From a virus (lineage: Duplodnaviria; Caudoviricetes), in the IMG/VR virus record IMGVR_UViG_3300030107_001272, positions 1 through 56,938 of that record: DNA of 56,938 nucleotides; one strand, 5' to 3'. Made by a program: the position numbers and the translations under genes. Numbering within the stretch: the first letter of the stretch is position 1; every line of letters begins with the position of its first letter. Of the stretch, positions 29,735-37,581 are shown one piece after another. The notes under the pieces are model-generated. The model was not told where the DNA came from. It worked only from the letters and a program-made list of their open reading frames with translations, and did not search any database.

Positions 29735-30489
29735 TATAATTTCTCCTCACAAAATATTCCACATTCAAAGTTATAATTTTTAAGTGATCTACCTCTTGCA
29801 TCTATAGGTAAATCTTCAAGAGATATTCTCTTACCTTTGTAGATAGCTAACTTAGCACCTATTCTTTTTGATTGTTCCACCCTCTTAGCAAATACTTTTG
29901 GAAACTTATCACGTACTAAGTTCCAGTAGGTAGGTGATCCTGCTTTGACACACCCAATACAATTTGCATTTGGAAATCCATACTTGTATATCTTTGGTGG
30001 TTCTATATTTGCACTAGCAATTACATCAAAGCAATCCTGTTTGGTTAATCCTTCATCTACTAATACAGGTATAAGATTATTTCTCTCTGTCATAATAAAT
30101 CTATCGGCTCTTTTCTTTTCTTCAGCCGTAAATCCTAGCACAAGATAATCAGAGTTGTTTTTATTCTCCCACTGTTGCCTTGCATGTTTCTTTAGTCTCA
30201 TAGTACAAGGCGCACCTGCAATACCACTCATGTATTTGTGCTTATCCCACACAGTTTCAGCAGAGCAGTCAGGAAAGTCTTCATTAATAGCATACTCTAT
30301 CGTTATGCCTAGCCACTTCTCTACATCCTGTAAAAATCTTTGATTGTCTTCATGCTCCTCTTTCACAGGATTGTTTACAACTCTAACCCTGTTATCTTTA
30401 CCATACTTCTTCAAGGTTAAATACGTAGCAACTGCACTAGCACTACCACAAGAAAACCAAACTGTAATATCTTTATTTTTTAAACTCAT
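29734..30489 (-). CDS. PAPS reductase-like / adenine nucleotide alpha-hydrolase family protein
   Basis: WFSCGSAS degenerate PP-loop, APCT..LK, GF.A.E..R, NANCIGCVK, C-terminal CGIFC. Confidence 0.7.
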   Translation of the reverse strand: MSLKNKDITVWFSCGSASAVATYLTLKKYGKDNRVRVVNNPVKEEHEDNQRFLQDVEKWLGITIEYAINEDFPDCSAETVWDKHKYMSGIAGAPCTMRLKKHARQQWENKNNSDYLVLGFTAEEKKRADRFIMTERNNLIPVLVDEGLTKQDCFDVIASANIEPPKIYKYGFPNANCIGCVKAGSPTYWNLVRDKFPKVFAKRVEQSKRIGAKLAIYKGKRISLEDLPIDARGRSLKNYNFECGIFCEEKL

Positions 30490-30839
30490 TTTCTCGTACT
30501 TTCTATGCTGTTAATCTTGTGTTCAAGTGTATGAACAGCATGACGTAATCCATAGGTTATACTATCTGTCCACTTATCTTGTGTTATCTCTGGCTTCTCG
30601 TCAATGTACACTCTAATGTGGGTACAAGCCTCAATAGGCGCACCTTTTGACCAATAGGTATCAGGGTACTTAACCTTGTCAAGGTACTGCCCCTTGACCC
30701 TTATATTGTATCTGTGCTTGTTTAAGTATTTCTTCATCAGCCTTACCAACTGCTGTCCTTCTTCGTCATTAGGTATCTCACAGAATTGATAGCGTGAATT
30801 CTTTTGGTAGTGCTTATGCTTTTCTAAATTAGTTTTCAT
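30486..30839 (-). CDS. hypothetical protein
   Basis: 117-aa ORF with ATGA overlaps. Confidence 0.6.
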   Translation of the reverse strand: MKTNLEKHKHYQKNSRYQFCEIPNDEEGQQLVRLMKKYLNKHRYNIRVKGQYLDKVKYPDTYWSKGAPIEACTHIRVYIDEKPEITQDKWTDSITYGLRHAVHTLEHKINSIESTRK

Positions 30840-31828
30840 CTCTTTACTCCTTTCAATGCTTGGTATCCACAGCCACAGCCATCAAACAAACTCACGACAG
30901 TACCAAGTGACTGTTCAGGTATGCCATTGAGTATGTGCTTGATCACATCCACTGTCCATCCATTACCTATCATCTTGTATCGCCTTGAATTGCTGATCTG
31001 TTTGACCTGTTTATCAGGGAAGATACCTACCTTGGTATACCAATCGGGCATAGTCTGCAATCGTTCACACTCAAGAGGTGTCAATGCTCTCCAACGTAAG
31101 TCACCATCCTCAACCTTCGGCATGCGCCACCCACCTTGCATGGTGGTCAGGCCAGAGGACTTAGCCTTACGAGAGTAGACACGCTTGATGATGTCATAGC
31201 CTTTGAGGTTAGCTTCACCCACTTGTCTGCATTGAGTATGCTTGTTGAACACCACTTGTCTACGTGCTTTCTCAAAGTACATCTTCATAGATCCACCCTT
31301 AAAATAGTTAGCGTCTACACAGTAGGCTTTCTCTCTGTCGGTCATGCTCTCATCCTCAAGGATATCCTCAAGGTTGATACCAAGATCAGGCAGATCGTCA
31401 TGGGGTATGTTAGTCCAATACAAACGCTTACGATTCTGTGCAGATACAGACGCAGAGTTATGTACACGTGGCTCACATCCGAACTCACGTGAGAACACAT
31501 CCATATATTCCTTCTTCATAGGAGTTTCTTCAATGAGAAAGTACTTAGGTTTCCACTGGTGGAACAACCTAAAGAACTCTATTGTAGGCTTGGCTCTCTC
31601 GTCATTAAAGTTAAGCTGATTACCTGCAAAGGAGAATGGTTGACAAGGTGGGCCTGCCATTAGCAGGTCTATACCTTTGTGTACATACATAGGCTGTTTA
31701 AATACATTATTTCTAACGTGCCTGATACCAAGTACACTACCTATCTGCTTTACGTCAGGGTGATTGTAGTGAGCGACCCCCATAGCGTAGGGGTCTATCT
31801 CACTTGCGAATGCTTGTTGGTATTGCAT
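30836..31828 (-). CDS. DNA cytosine-C5 methyltransferase, circularly permuted
   Basis: ASEID (II), GPPCQPFS (IV), QNRKRLYW (VIII), LTPLECERLQ (IX), IGNG (X), then VVSLFDGCGCG (I) at the C-terminus. Confidence 0.88.
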   Translation of the reverse strand: MQYQQAFASEIDPYAMGVAHYNHPDVKQIGSVLGIRHVRNNVFKQPMYVHKGIDLLMAGPPCQPFSFAGNQLNFNDERAKPTIEFFRLFHQWKPKYFLIEETPMKKEYMDVFSREFGCEPRVHNSASVSAQNRKRLYWTNIPHDDLPDLGINLEDILEDESMTDREKAYCVDANYFKGGSMKMYFEKARRQVVFNKHTQCRQVGEANLKGYDIIKRVYSRKAKSSGLTTMQGGWRMPKVEDGDLRWRALTPLECERLQTMPDWYTKVGIFPDKQVKQISNSRRYKMIGNGWTVDVIKHILNGIPEQSLGTVVSLFDGCGCGYQALKGVKR

Positions 31829-32160
31829 TAGCCATTAGCCTTTCTCTTTTGTCCGACATCGGACTTTGTTACAGTGTAGCTACCCTTATCTACAGTAGCA
31901 CCCTTGCCGTACTTACGCACAATATGATCAGGGTGATTCTTCTGAATGAACTGTATCCTATAGACAATCCTATTGAATGGCTCATTCAAAGTGGAAGCAA
32001 TCTCTTTGATAGTACAATCTTGGTATACTTCCATTAGTATGCCATCAATAGTCGCATAGTTGTAGCTATAGTTCCTTGCTCGTTTCATGTGGAACGTGTG
32101 ATTGCTGTAGTCTACAATTTCTAGGGCAGGGTTATTTGCTGTGTTGATTTGCTGTGTCAT
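31828..32160 (-). CDS. putative helix-turn-helix DNA-binding protein
   Basis: TIKEIASTLNEPFNRIVYRI resembles an HTH. Confidence 0.5.
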   Translation of the reverse strand: MTQQINTANNPALEIVDYSNHTFHMKRARNYSYNYATIDGILMEVYQDCTIKEIASTLNEPFNRIVYRIQFIQKNHPDHIVRKYGKGATVDKGSYTVTKSDVGQKRKANG

Positions 32161-32414
32161 AATAATTTCTCCTTATTATATGTTGTTGCATCTTGGGGTT
32201 GAAATATAAAACCTAGATCACTAGGCTCGTCTTCAATCTCGTACTCCTTTACGAAATCGAACTCTGTTTGAAGGTTAGGGTAGAATAGCTTTGCTAATCG
32301 CATCACATGATCTACCGCTTCCTTCCAATCTTTTACAGGTGTAGCATTACTATCCACTGTCACAATAGATGGTTGCTTTTCTATGGATACACCTATCTCA
32401 TAGTACATAGCCAT
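32157..32414 (-). CDS. hypothetical protein
   Basis: Probable start MAMYY at 32414 after RBS aaggag. Confidence 0.6.
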   Translation of the reverse strand: MAMYYEIGVSIEKQPSIVTVDSNATPVKDWKEAVDHVMRLAKLFYPNLQTEFDFVKEYEIEDEPSDLGFIFQPQDATTYNKEKLL

Positions 32415-32415
32415 G

Positions 32416-32535
32416 CTATCTCCTTCTCTTTGCAAGCGTGTCTATCTTAGCGACAAGCCAACCTGTTATAAAGCATGCATATCCAAATACACATGCCATG
32501 AAAAACCACATATAAATTTCAGGTATCTGTTCCAT
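32416..32535 (-). CDS. 39-aa membrane peptide (not in the ORF track)
   Basis: MEQIPEIYMWFFMACVFGYACFITGWLVAKIDTLAKRRR; TAATG coupling and RBS aaggag. Confidence 0.6.
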   Translation of the reverse strand: MEQIPEIYMWFFMACVFGYACFITGWLVAKIDTLAKRRR

Positions 32536-32681
32536 TACGCATATCTCCTTTTGTTTTTGCGTTCCTGTCTGTAGGCATTGCCATGCCTTGTCTTATCTCT
32601 GAGGTTAAGCTTCTTCTTCTGCTTGAACTTCTCAAAGTTCTTTACTTCGTAATGCGTTACGCTTCGCTTTCGCTCTGTCAT
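32535..32681 (-). CDS. 48-aa basic hypothetical protein (not in the ORF track)
   Basis: MTERKRSVTHYEVKNFEKFKQKKKLNLRDKTRHGNAYRQERKNKRRYA. Confidence 0.5.
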   Translation of the reverse strand: MTERKRSVTHYEVKNFEKFKQKKKLNLRDKTRHGNAYRQERKNKRRYA

Positions 32682-32787
32682 AGCTACCCTTTCCTTTCTT
32701 AGGTCTAACTGTTTGCATTGGTTTACGTAGCATCAGCATTGCCTTTGCTACAGGATTAACTCTTGTGATTGTAAGTTTCTTTTTCAT
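32632..32787 (-). CDS. ArfA-like small basic protein, 51 aa (not in the ORF track)
   Basis: MKKKLTITRVNPVAKAMLMLRKPMQTVRPKKGKGSYDRAKAKRNALRSKEL; TAATG-coupled to the upstream gene. Confidence 0.65.
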   Translation of the reverse strand: MKKKLTITRVNPVAKAMLMLRKPMQTVRPKKGKGSYDRAKAKRNALRSKEL

Positions 32788-33521
32788 TACGCTACCCACT
32801 TCTTTCCTGTGCCATGTGCAGGTATGAGTATGGACTTGGCATTGATCTTCATGCCACTACATAGCTTACACTTGTCACATGTAGTACGTCTACCTGCTTC
32901 CGCACTGGCAGGACATAGCACCTCTTTGTCTTTCACCATAGATGTAAGGTGGCCTACCCTAAAGGTACGTTCACCTTTTGCCCAAGCTACCTTGGCTTCT
33001 TCCACTGTGTCAGCACTACGCATGCACACAGTAGGATCGTAGTCAGCACCAACTGTATTAGCTTGGTGACTGTAAGCCGTATGTGCTTTAGCATGCTTGA
33101 TCCATAGCTTGTTATTTCTTTTAGGCACACAAGCAGGATCACCGTACATACCTAGACGTACAGTCCTATCCCTTGTCATCTCAACAAAGTCAACCGTCTT
33201 GATGCGAGGGTATTTACCTGCCTTGTATGCTTTGTACACACCTAGTATACTTAGCAACATGACATAACATCCACGTTCATCAGCCGTAGCCCGATCATCT
33301 CTGTCATGTGGCTTGCCACGTAAATGACACGTGCCACAGATAGAGTAGTCTTCACCACTCTTGTTGGCAGAGATAGGATCAATGTCACTACGTATGTATA
33401 GGATTTGGATCATGTTACCTGTCTTGCTATTGTTACTACCTGTTAGTGCTATAGCTACGATAGGCTTGCCATCAAGTAAGCTATCACCTTCGTATAGTAT
33501 ATATCCACTTGGCTTAGTCAT
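32787..33521 (-). CDS. Cys-rich protein, possibly Fe-S / radical-SAM-like (Gp88-like)
   Basis: SNNSKTG, ICGTC...CY, RLGMYGDP, TAYSH, CPA...CDKCKLC...HG. Confidence 0.5.
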   Translation of the reverse strand: MTKPSGYILYEGDSLLDGKPIVAIALTGSNNSKTGNMIQILYIRSDIDPISANKSGEDYSICGTCHLRGKPHDRDDRATADERGCYVMLLSILGVYKAYKAGKYPRIKTVDFVEMTRDRTVRLGMYGDPACVPKRNNKLWIKHAKAHTAYSHQANTVGADYDPTVCMRSADTVEEAKVAWAKGERTFRVGHLTSMVKDKEVLCPASAEAGRRTTCDKCKLCSGMKINAKSILIPAHGTGKKWVA

Positions 33522-33561
33522 CTCAATACCTTTCAGTTAAATTGTCCGACATCGGACTTTG

Positions 33562-33807
33562 TTACCCTTCATTACCACAGAGGCTATCCCATTCAGCAGG
33601 TGTCACACCTGTCATAATGAACTCACGCTGATCTGCATCAAGCGCAGGGAATACGTCTTGAACACACTCATCCCCCATGTAGTAGCGATCAAGCATACCC
33701 TGCGTGACAGGCAACACCATTGAGTTCACATTACCTGTGAAGTCTGATGAACGAGTGAGTTCTACTGAACCCTCTGCTACATGAGTACAATTCCAATTAG
33801 TAAACAT
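33562..33807 (-). CDS. small early hypothetical protein
   Basis: VQDVFPALDADQREFIMTG.TPAEW; RBS aaagga; flanked by two 18-bp repeats. Confidence 0.7.
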   Translation of the reverse strand: MFTNWNCTHVAEGSVELTRSSDFTGNVNSMVLPVTQGMLDRYYMGDECVQDVFPALDADQREFIMTGVTPAEWDSLCGNEG

Positions 33808-33848
33808 TTAATTTCCTTTCAGTTAAATTGTCCGACATCGGACTTGTT

Positions 33849-34091
33849 TCAATCTAGGTCTAAGACCCATTCGCCATACCTAAACCACGCTAGGTATACA
33901 GGCTGAAAGTAATTTCTACCCATTGCCTTATGAATGGGATAGTCTGTAGCATTTTCATCTCTACACTCCCAAACCTTAATCGTAGGTACGCCATTCAGGT
34001 GAACTACCTCTTTGACTTCGCACTCTACATACCCATAGTCTGTGCCGTAGCCTGAGTTAATCTTGTGACATGTTACTTTCATACCTTGCAT
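33849..34091 (-). CDS. small early hypothetical protein
   Basis: 80 aa; RBS aagga; flanked by two 18-bp repeats. Confidence 0.65.
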   Translation of the reverse strand: MQGMKVTCHKINSGYGTDYGYVECEVKEVVHLNGVPTIKVWECRDENATDYPIHKAMGRNYFQPVYLAWFRYGEWVLDLD

Positions 34092-34153
34092 GATTTTATC
34101 CTTTTCAAATTGTCCGACATCGGACTTGTTTCAGTTAAGTTATATTATATTAG

Positions 34154-34192
34154 TTATATAACACTTTCATATACATTTCAAGTGTTATATAA
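34154..34192. repeat. 13-bp perfect AT-rich inverted repeat
   Basis: TTATATAACACTT (34154-34166) and AAGTGTTATATAA (34180-34192). Confidence 0.85.
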
Positions 34193-34249
34193 ATAATATA
34201 TTATAAAGGCAGTTTATAGAGTTGCCTAGCTCTGCTAGTGAAAAGTTAC

Positions 34250-34954
34250 CTATAAAGGTAACTCTTCGGTAGTAATGGTCATGTTTTCTTCATCCACTGT
34301 TGGATTGCACACAGGTCTAGTTGTGCTTATTCCGAGCAATTCAGATAAAGGTAACTCTTCGCTTGTGTTGGCTACCTTTTGAGTAGCTTGAAAGTCAGTG
34401 ACAGGATCATCAGCTTCATCCATAAGTAGCTCTGCTACTTCCAGTATGCTGATGTTATGGACTTGTGTCCACAGCTTGACTGCTTGTACCAAGCTCTGCT
34501 TGCTTGAGCCTAGACTGATACTATCAGTACGAACCTCTGCTTTCGGTTTAGCTTCGCTAATGGTAGCTTCGCTAGATTGTCCGACATCGGACTTAACATC
34601 ACCTTCGGTGGAAGGCTTGTTTGCCTTGTTCACCGCTTTCTGCAAAGCAGATAAGCTTGTGAAACCTTTCTTGGACTTGGAGATGAAATCTCTAGCTACC
34701 TCTTCGTTTTCAACGAACCACAAAGCTTCGCTTCGTCTTTGCTTTGGGATATCCTTGAGACCAACTCTAGAGAGTTGAGCAGAGGATATACGACCATTTG
34801 GGCTTTCAGCCTTGAGTTGCTTCAGCAACTTGCCTAACCGAGTGTCAAAGCCTTTGGCTTGAGTAGTAACCCTAACGCAGTTAAGCTTTTTCCACCAAGC
34901 ATTTAAGGCTTTGCCTTCTCTGACGAGGTCAGCGATGTTTGCATAATTTCCCAT
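34250..34954 (-). CDS. first early gene, hypothetical
   Basis: 234 aa, RBS aagga, immediately downstream of the leftward promoter. Confidence 0.7.
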   Translation of the reverse strand: MGNYANIADLVREGKALNAWWKKLNCVRVTTQAKGFDTRLGKLLKQLKAESPNGRISSAQLSRVGLKDIPKQRRSEALWFVENEEVARDFISKSKKGFTSLSALQKAVNKANKPSTEGDVKSDVGQSSEATISEAKPKAEVRTDSISLGSSKQSLVQAVKLWTQVHNISILEVAELLMDEADDPVTDFQATQKVANTSEELPLSELLGISTTRPVCNPTVDEENMTITTEELPL

Positions 34955-35041
34955 TTCGATTTTCCTTTGTTTGTTTTGGTTTTGTTTTTATAAGAGAACA
35001 ATATATCTCTCACAAGAAGTGAGATATATTTTCTCGTTAAA

Positions 35042-35070
35042 AACATAAACCAATACAACCTAGCTGTCAA
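35042..35070 (-). promoter_or_regulatory. leftward (early) sigma70-type promoter
   Basis: TTGACA-17 bp-TATGTT. Confidence 0.65.
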
Positions 35071-35424
35071 GTCGGTGAGGGGATATGTACCACACTAACT
35101 AAAGTTAGTGATAGGTGTATTTTTGGGGTATCTGTGGCAGATTTATCTGTCAACTGATGTGATAACAGTTTAATCTTTCGATTAAATGCCTTATTTTGTT
35201 GGGTTTTGTCAGCCTTGTGTGGATGGATGACGCATGCTTGTGTTCACATTTGCGTGGCTAGGCTACCTAGGCATGTATCTGTGTACATACAGGGGTGTAG
35301 GCAAGGGCCAGTGCGCCCCCATACGTATACGTATACACATATATACACAGATCAGGTAAATCACTTGTTAACCACAGTATATGTATCATAAATAACACAC
35401 ATCTAGTATAATCGTACACACATA

Positions 35425-35453
35425 TTGACTACCCTATTGTTTTGTGGTATAAT
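35425..35453 (+). promoter_or_regulatory. rightward sigma70-type promoter with extended -10
   Basis: TTGACT-17 bp-TATAAT, preceded by TGG. Confidence 0.8.
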
Positions 35454-35476
35454 TATATATAGACATAACGAACGGT

Positions 35477-35552
35477 ACACTTTAACTGTCTACACTTTAA
35501 CTATATATTACCTAAAATATAAATAACACTTTAAATGCTAAACACTTAAACT
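35477..35552 (+). repeat. four 11-bp direct repeats, ACACTTWAAMT
   Basis: Copies start at 35477, 35492, 35526 and 35542. Confidence 0.8.
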
Positions 35553-35601
35553 GTGTATTGTTAACATAAATATCCGTACTAATTAAAAAAAGATATTGAC
35601 A

Positions 35602-35808
35602 ATGGCTAAAAAATCAGTAAAACTATACACAGACAATGTTATTGAAGAGTTTTATAAAGCTATAGCTAATAACAGTCTGCATAAACTCCACATACCACAT
35701 AGTGATGTATTCTACGTAAGAAAGGCGGTAGAGTCTCGCTATGGTAGGTCTTTTTCACTTAAAGAAGTGGAAGAAGCGATGATCGCTGAAGGGTGGTCTG
35801 GTAATTAA
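35602..35808 (+). CDS. hypothetical protein
   Basis: IPHSDVFYVR motif; probable ATG at 35602. Confidence 0.6.
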   Translation: MAKKSVKLYTDNVIEEFYKAIANNSLHKLHIPHSDVFYVRKAVESRYGRSFSLKEVEEAMIAEGWSGN

Positions 35809-35828
35809 AGTAAAAGGAAACTTTAAAT

Positions 35829-36743
35829 ATGGCAAGAGATTACAGTACTAATAGATATAAAGATAAAATTAAGAAGATACAACAGCAAAAAAGAACAGCT
35901 GCAGATAAAAGAAAATCCGTAAAGGATCTTAAACGAGAGGTATCTTCTAATAAAAAGATTGACGCTCGTAATAGAAAGAATAAAGCTAATGAAGCTTTTG
36001 GTAAAAGAGTCGATACGATTCTAAGTTTATTTACAGGTAATAAAAAAGCTAGGCCTGGTGCTAGGTCAGGAATTAAGACTGGAACTAAGACAGGGTTAAA
36101 TAGACCCATGAGTTTTAGTGATACAGCTAAAAAGAAAACATCACCTACAGTTGTAGCACCAAAAACTTACAGAAGTGGTAAGGTAGGAACACCAGGAATG
36201 GGAACACGTAGTGGAGTACAGACAGGTAAAAAACCTGAAGCAGGTGGATTTTACGCCTATGACAGACAGGGTAAAAAGGGTGAAAGCCCTAAAGCAAAAT
36301 CAAGAGCAACCCCTGGAACACCAGGAATGGGAACACGTGCAGGGCCTAAGACAGGTGGCAGGAAAGCTAAGACCTTAACTGAAGCTCAAAAGAAAGCTAT
36401 ACGAGATACAAAGCAAGTAACAGTTAAGAGTGGAGATACCTTAACCTCTATAGCAAAAAGTAAAGGCACAACGGTAGCTAATCTTAAAAAGATTAATCCT
36501 CAAATTAAAGATTTTGATAAGATTAAACCAGGACAAAAGATTAGATTTGGTGGATCAGATGCTCCTACAAAAAGAATAAGCGAAGTATCAAAGTCTCCTA
36601 CAAGGCCACGTACCATAGCCCAAGCACAGAAGATGGGCAAGAAGTACTTTTATGATAAGAATGGTAAGCGTAAGGCTGCCGTAACTGCAGAGCAGCTGAA
36701 GAAGTCAGGTCTAACCCTGTCTCAATGGCTTAAAAAGAAATAG
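35829..36743 (+). CDS. Lys-rich protein with a LysM domain
   Basis: VTVKSGDTLTSIAKSKGTTVANLKKINPQIKDFDKIKPGQKI. Confidence 0.8.
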   Translation: MARDYSTNRYKDKIKKIQQQKRTAADKRKSVKDLKREVSSNKKIDARNRKNKANEAFGKRVDTILSLFTGNKKARPGARSGIKTGTKTGLNRPMSFSDTAKKKTSPTVVAPKTYRSGKVGTPGMGTRSGVQTGKKPEAGGFYAYDRQGKKGESPKAKSRATPGTPGMGTRAGPKTGGRKAKTLTEAQKKAIRDTKQVTVKSGDTLTSIAKSKGTTVANLKKINPQIKDFDKIKPGQKIRFGGSDAPTKRISEVSKSPTRPRTIAQAQKMGKKYFYDKNGKRKAAVTAEQLKKSGLTLSQWLKKK

Positions 36744-36754
36744 GGAGATAAATT

Positions 36755-37225
36755 ATGGTAGCAATAAAAACGTTAGATGGCAAAAGAAGCCCTAATTCCT
36801 CTAAACCTAGTGGTAGGACAGGCCCTAGAGGGGGTACAGGAAAGAGTAATAGTCCATCGAATATATTATTAAAGTTAATGGAAAAGCATCCTAGAATTTT
36901 AAAATTAATAAGTTCTATAAAAAAGAAGAAACCAAAGACAATGAAAGCTGCAAAAGGTGGTATGACCAAAAAGCAGTTTGATAGTATGTCAACAGCACAG
37001 ATGGATAAACTATCTAATGACGAACTAATGAATCTTCTTATAAAGTTTTATCCTAGTATTGGGAAAGGGGAAACTGACCAAGAAACTTTTAAAATAAGTG
37101 AGGGTGGTTATAGAAAAAAAGGTGGTGTTATACAACCACGTAAAGCTGCAGGCGGCGGCATGATGGATATGCGTAAGACAGGCATGTTCTATGGCGGTGG
37201 TATGACTAAAAAGAAAACGTACTAG
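36755..37225 (+). CDS. basic hypothetical protein with repeated xxGG motifs
   Basis: AAKGGM, SEGGY, KKGGV, AAGGGM, FYGGGM. Confidence 0.65.
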   Translation: MVAIKTLDGKRSPNSSKPSGRTGPRGGTGKSNSPSNILLKLMEKHPRILKLISSIKKKKPKTMKAAKGGMTKKQFDSMSTAQMDKLSNDELMNLLIKFYPSIGKGETDQETFKISEGGYRKKGGVIQPRKAAGGGMMDMRKTGMFYGGGMTKKKTY

Positions 37226-37573
37226 ATGACCAAAGACTTCAGGTATGCGTCAGCTAAAAAAGATCTGACAACAAATAGTGCCATTGTCGTATACACATGT
37301 CCTGATAAAAGGACAGCCGTAGTGGACTCTATTTTAGTATCTGAAGACTCTGGCAATGCCGATACAATAACCTTAACCATAACAGATACAGCAGACACAC
37401 CTGCTACATTTAGCTTATATAAAACAAAAGCTATTGGTGCTAATGGTACAGTAGAACTGTTAACACATAATAGTATATATATGACTGCAGGTGAGATATT
37501 GAAAGCGACAGCTGCGACAGCTAATCGGTTACATATTATAATATCTGTACGAGAAGTATTATACCAACAGTAG
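37226..37573 (+). CDS. small beta-sandwich structural protein
   Basis: VYTCP...SILVSEDSGNADTIT...GEILKATAATANRLH; resembles 53720-54079. Confidence 0.6.
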   Translation: MTKDFRYASAKKDLTTNSAIVVYTCPDKRTAVVDSILVSEDSGNADTITLTITDTADTPATFSLYKTKAIGANGTVELLTHNSIYMTAGEILKATAATANRLHIIISVREVLYQQ

Positions 37574-37581
37574 GAGTATAT

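Larger units (their letters stand above)
31849..34594. repeat. dispersed 18-bp repeat TTGTCCGACATCGGACTT with palindromic core GTCCGA-CA-TCGGAC, 5 copies
   Basis: Exact copies at 31849-31866, 33542-33559, 33828-33845, 34110-34127 and 34577-34594, all in the same orientation. Confidence 0.97.

Noticed and set aside
33542-34127. CRISPR array interpretation of the 18-bp repeats
   Set aside because: The intervals are about 265 bp and are intact genes with RBSs. The repeat is too short and there is no cas operon; the Cas4-like nuclease fits as a replication-module exonuclease.
35206-35391. 61-aa ORF in the control region
   Set aside because: TTG start, no RBS, and the sequence reflects purine/pyrimidine alternation; likely non-coding.
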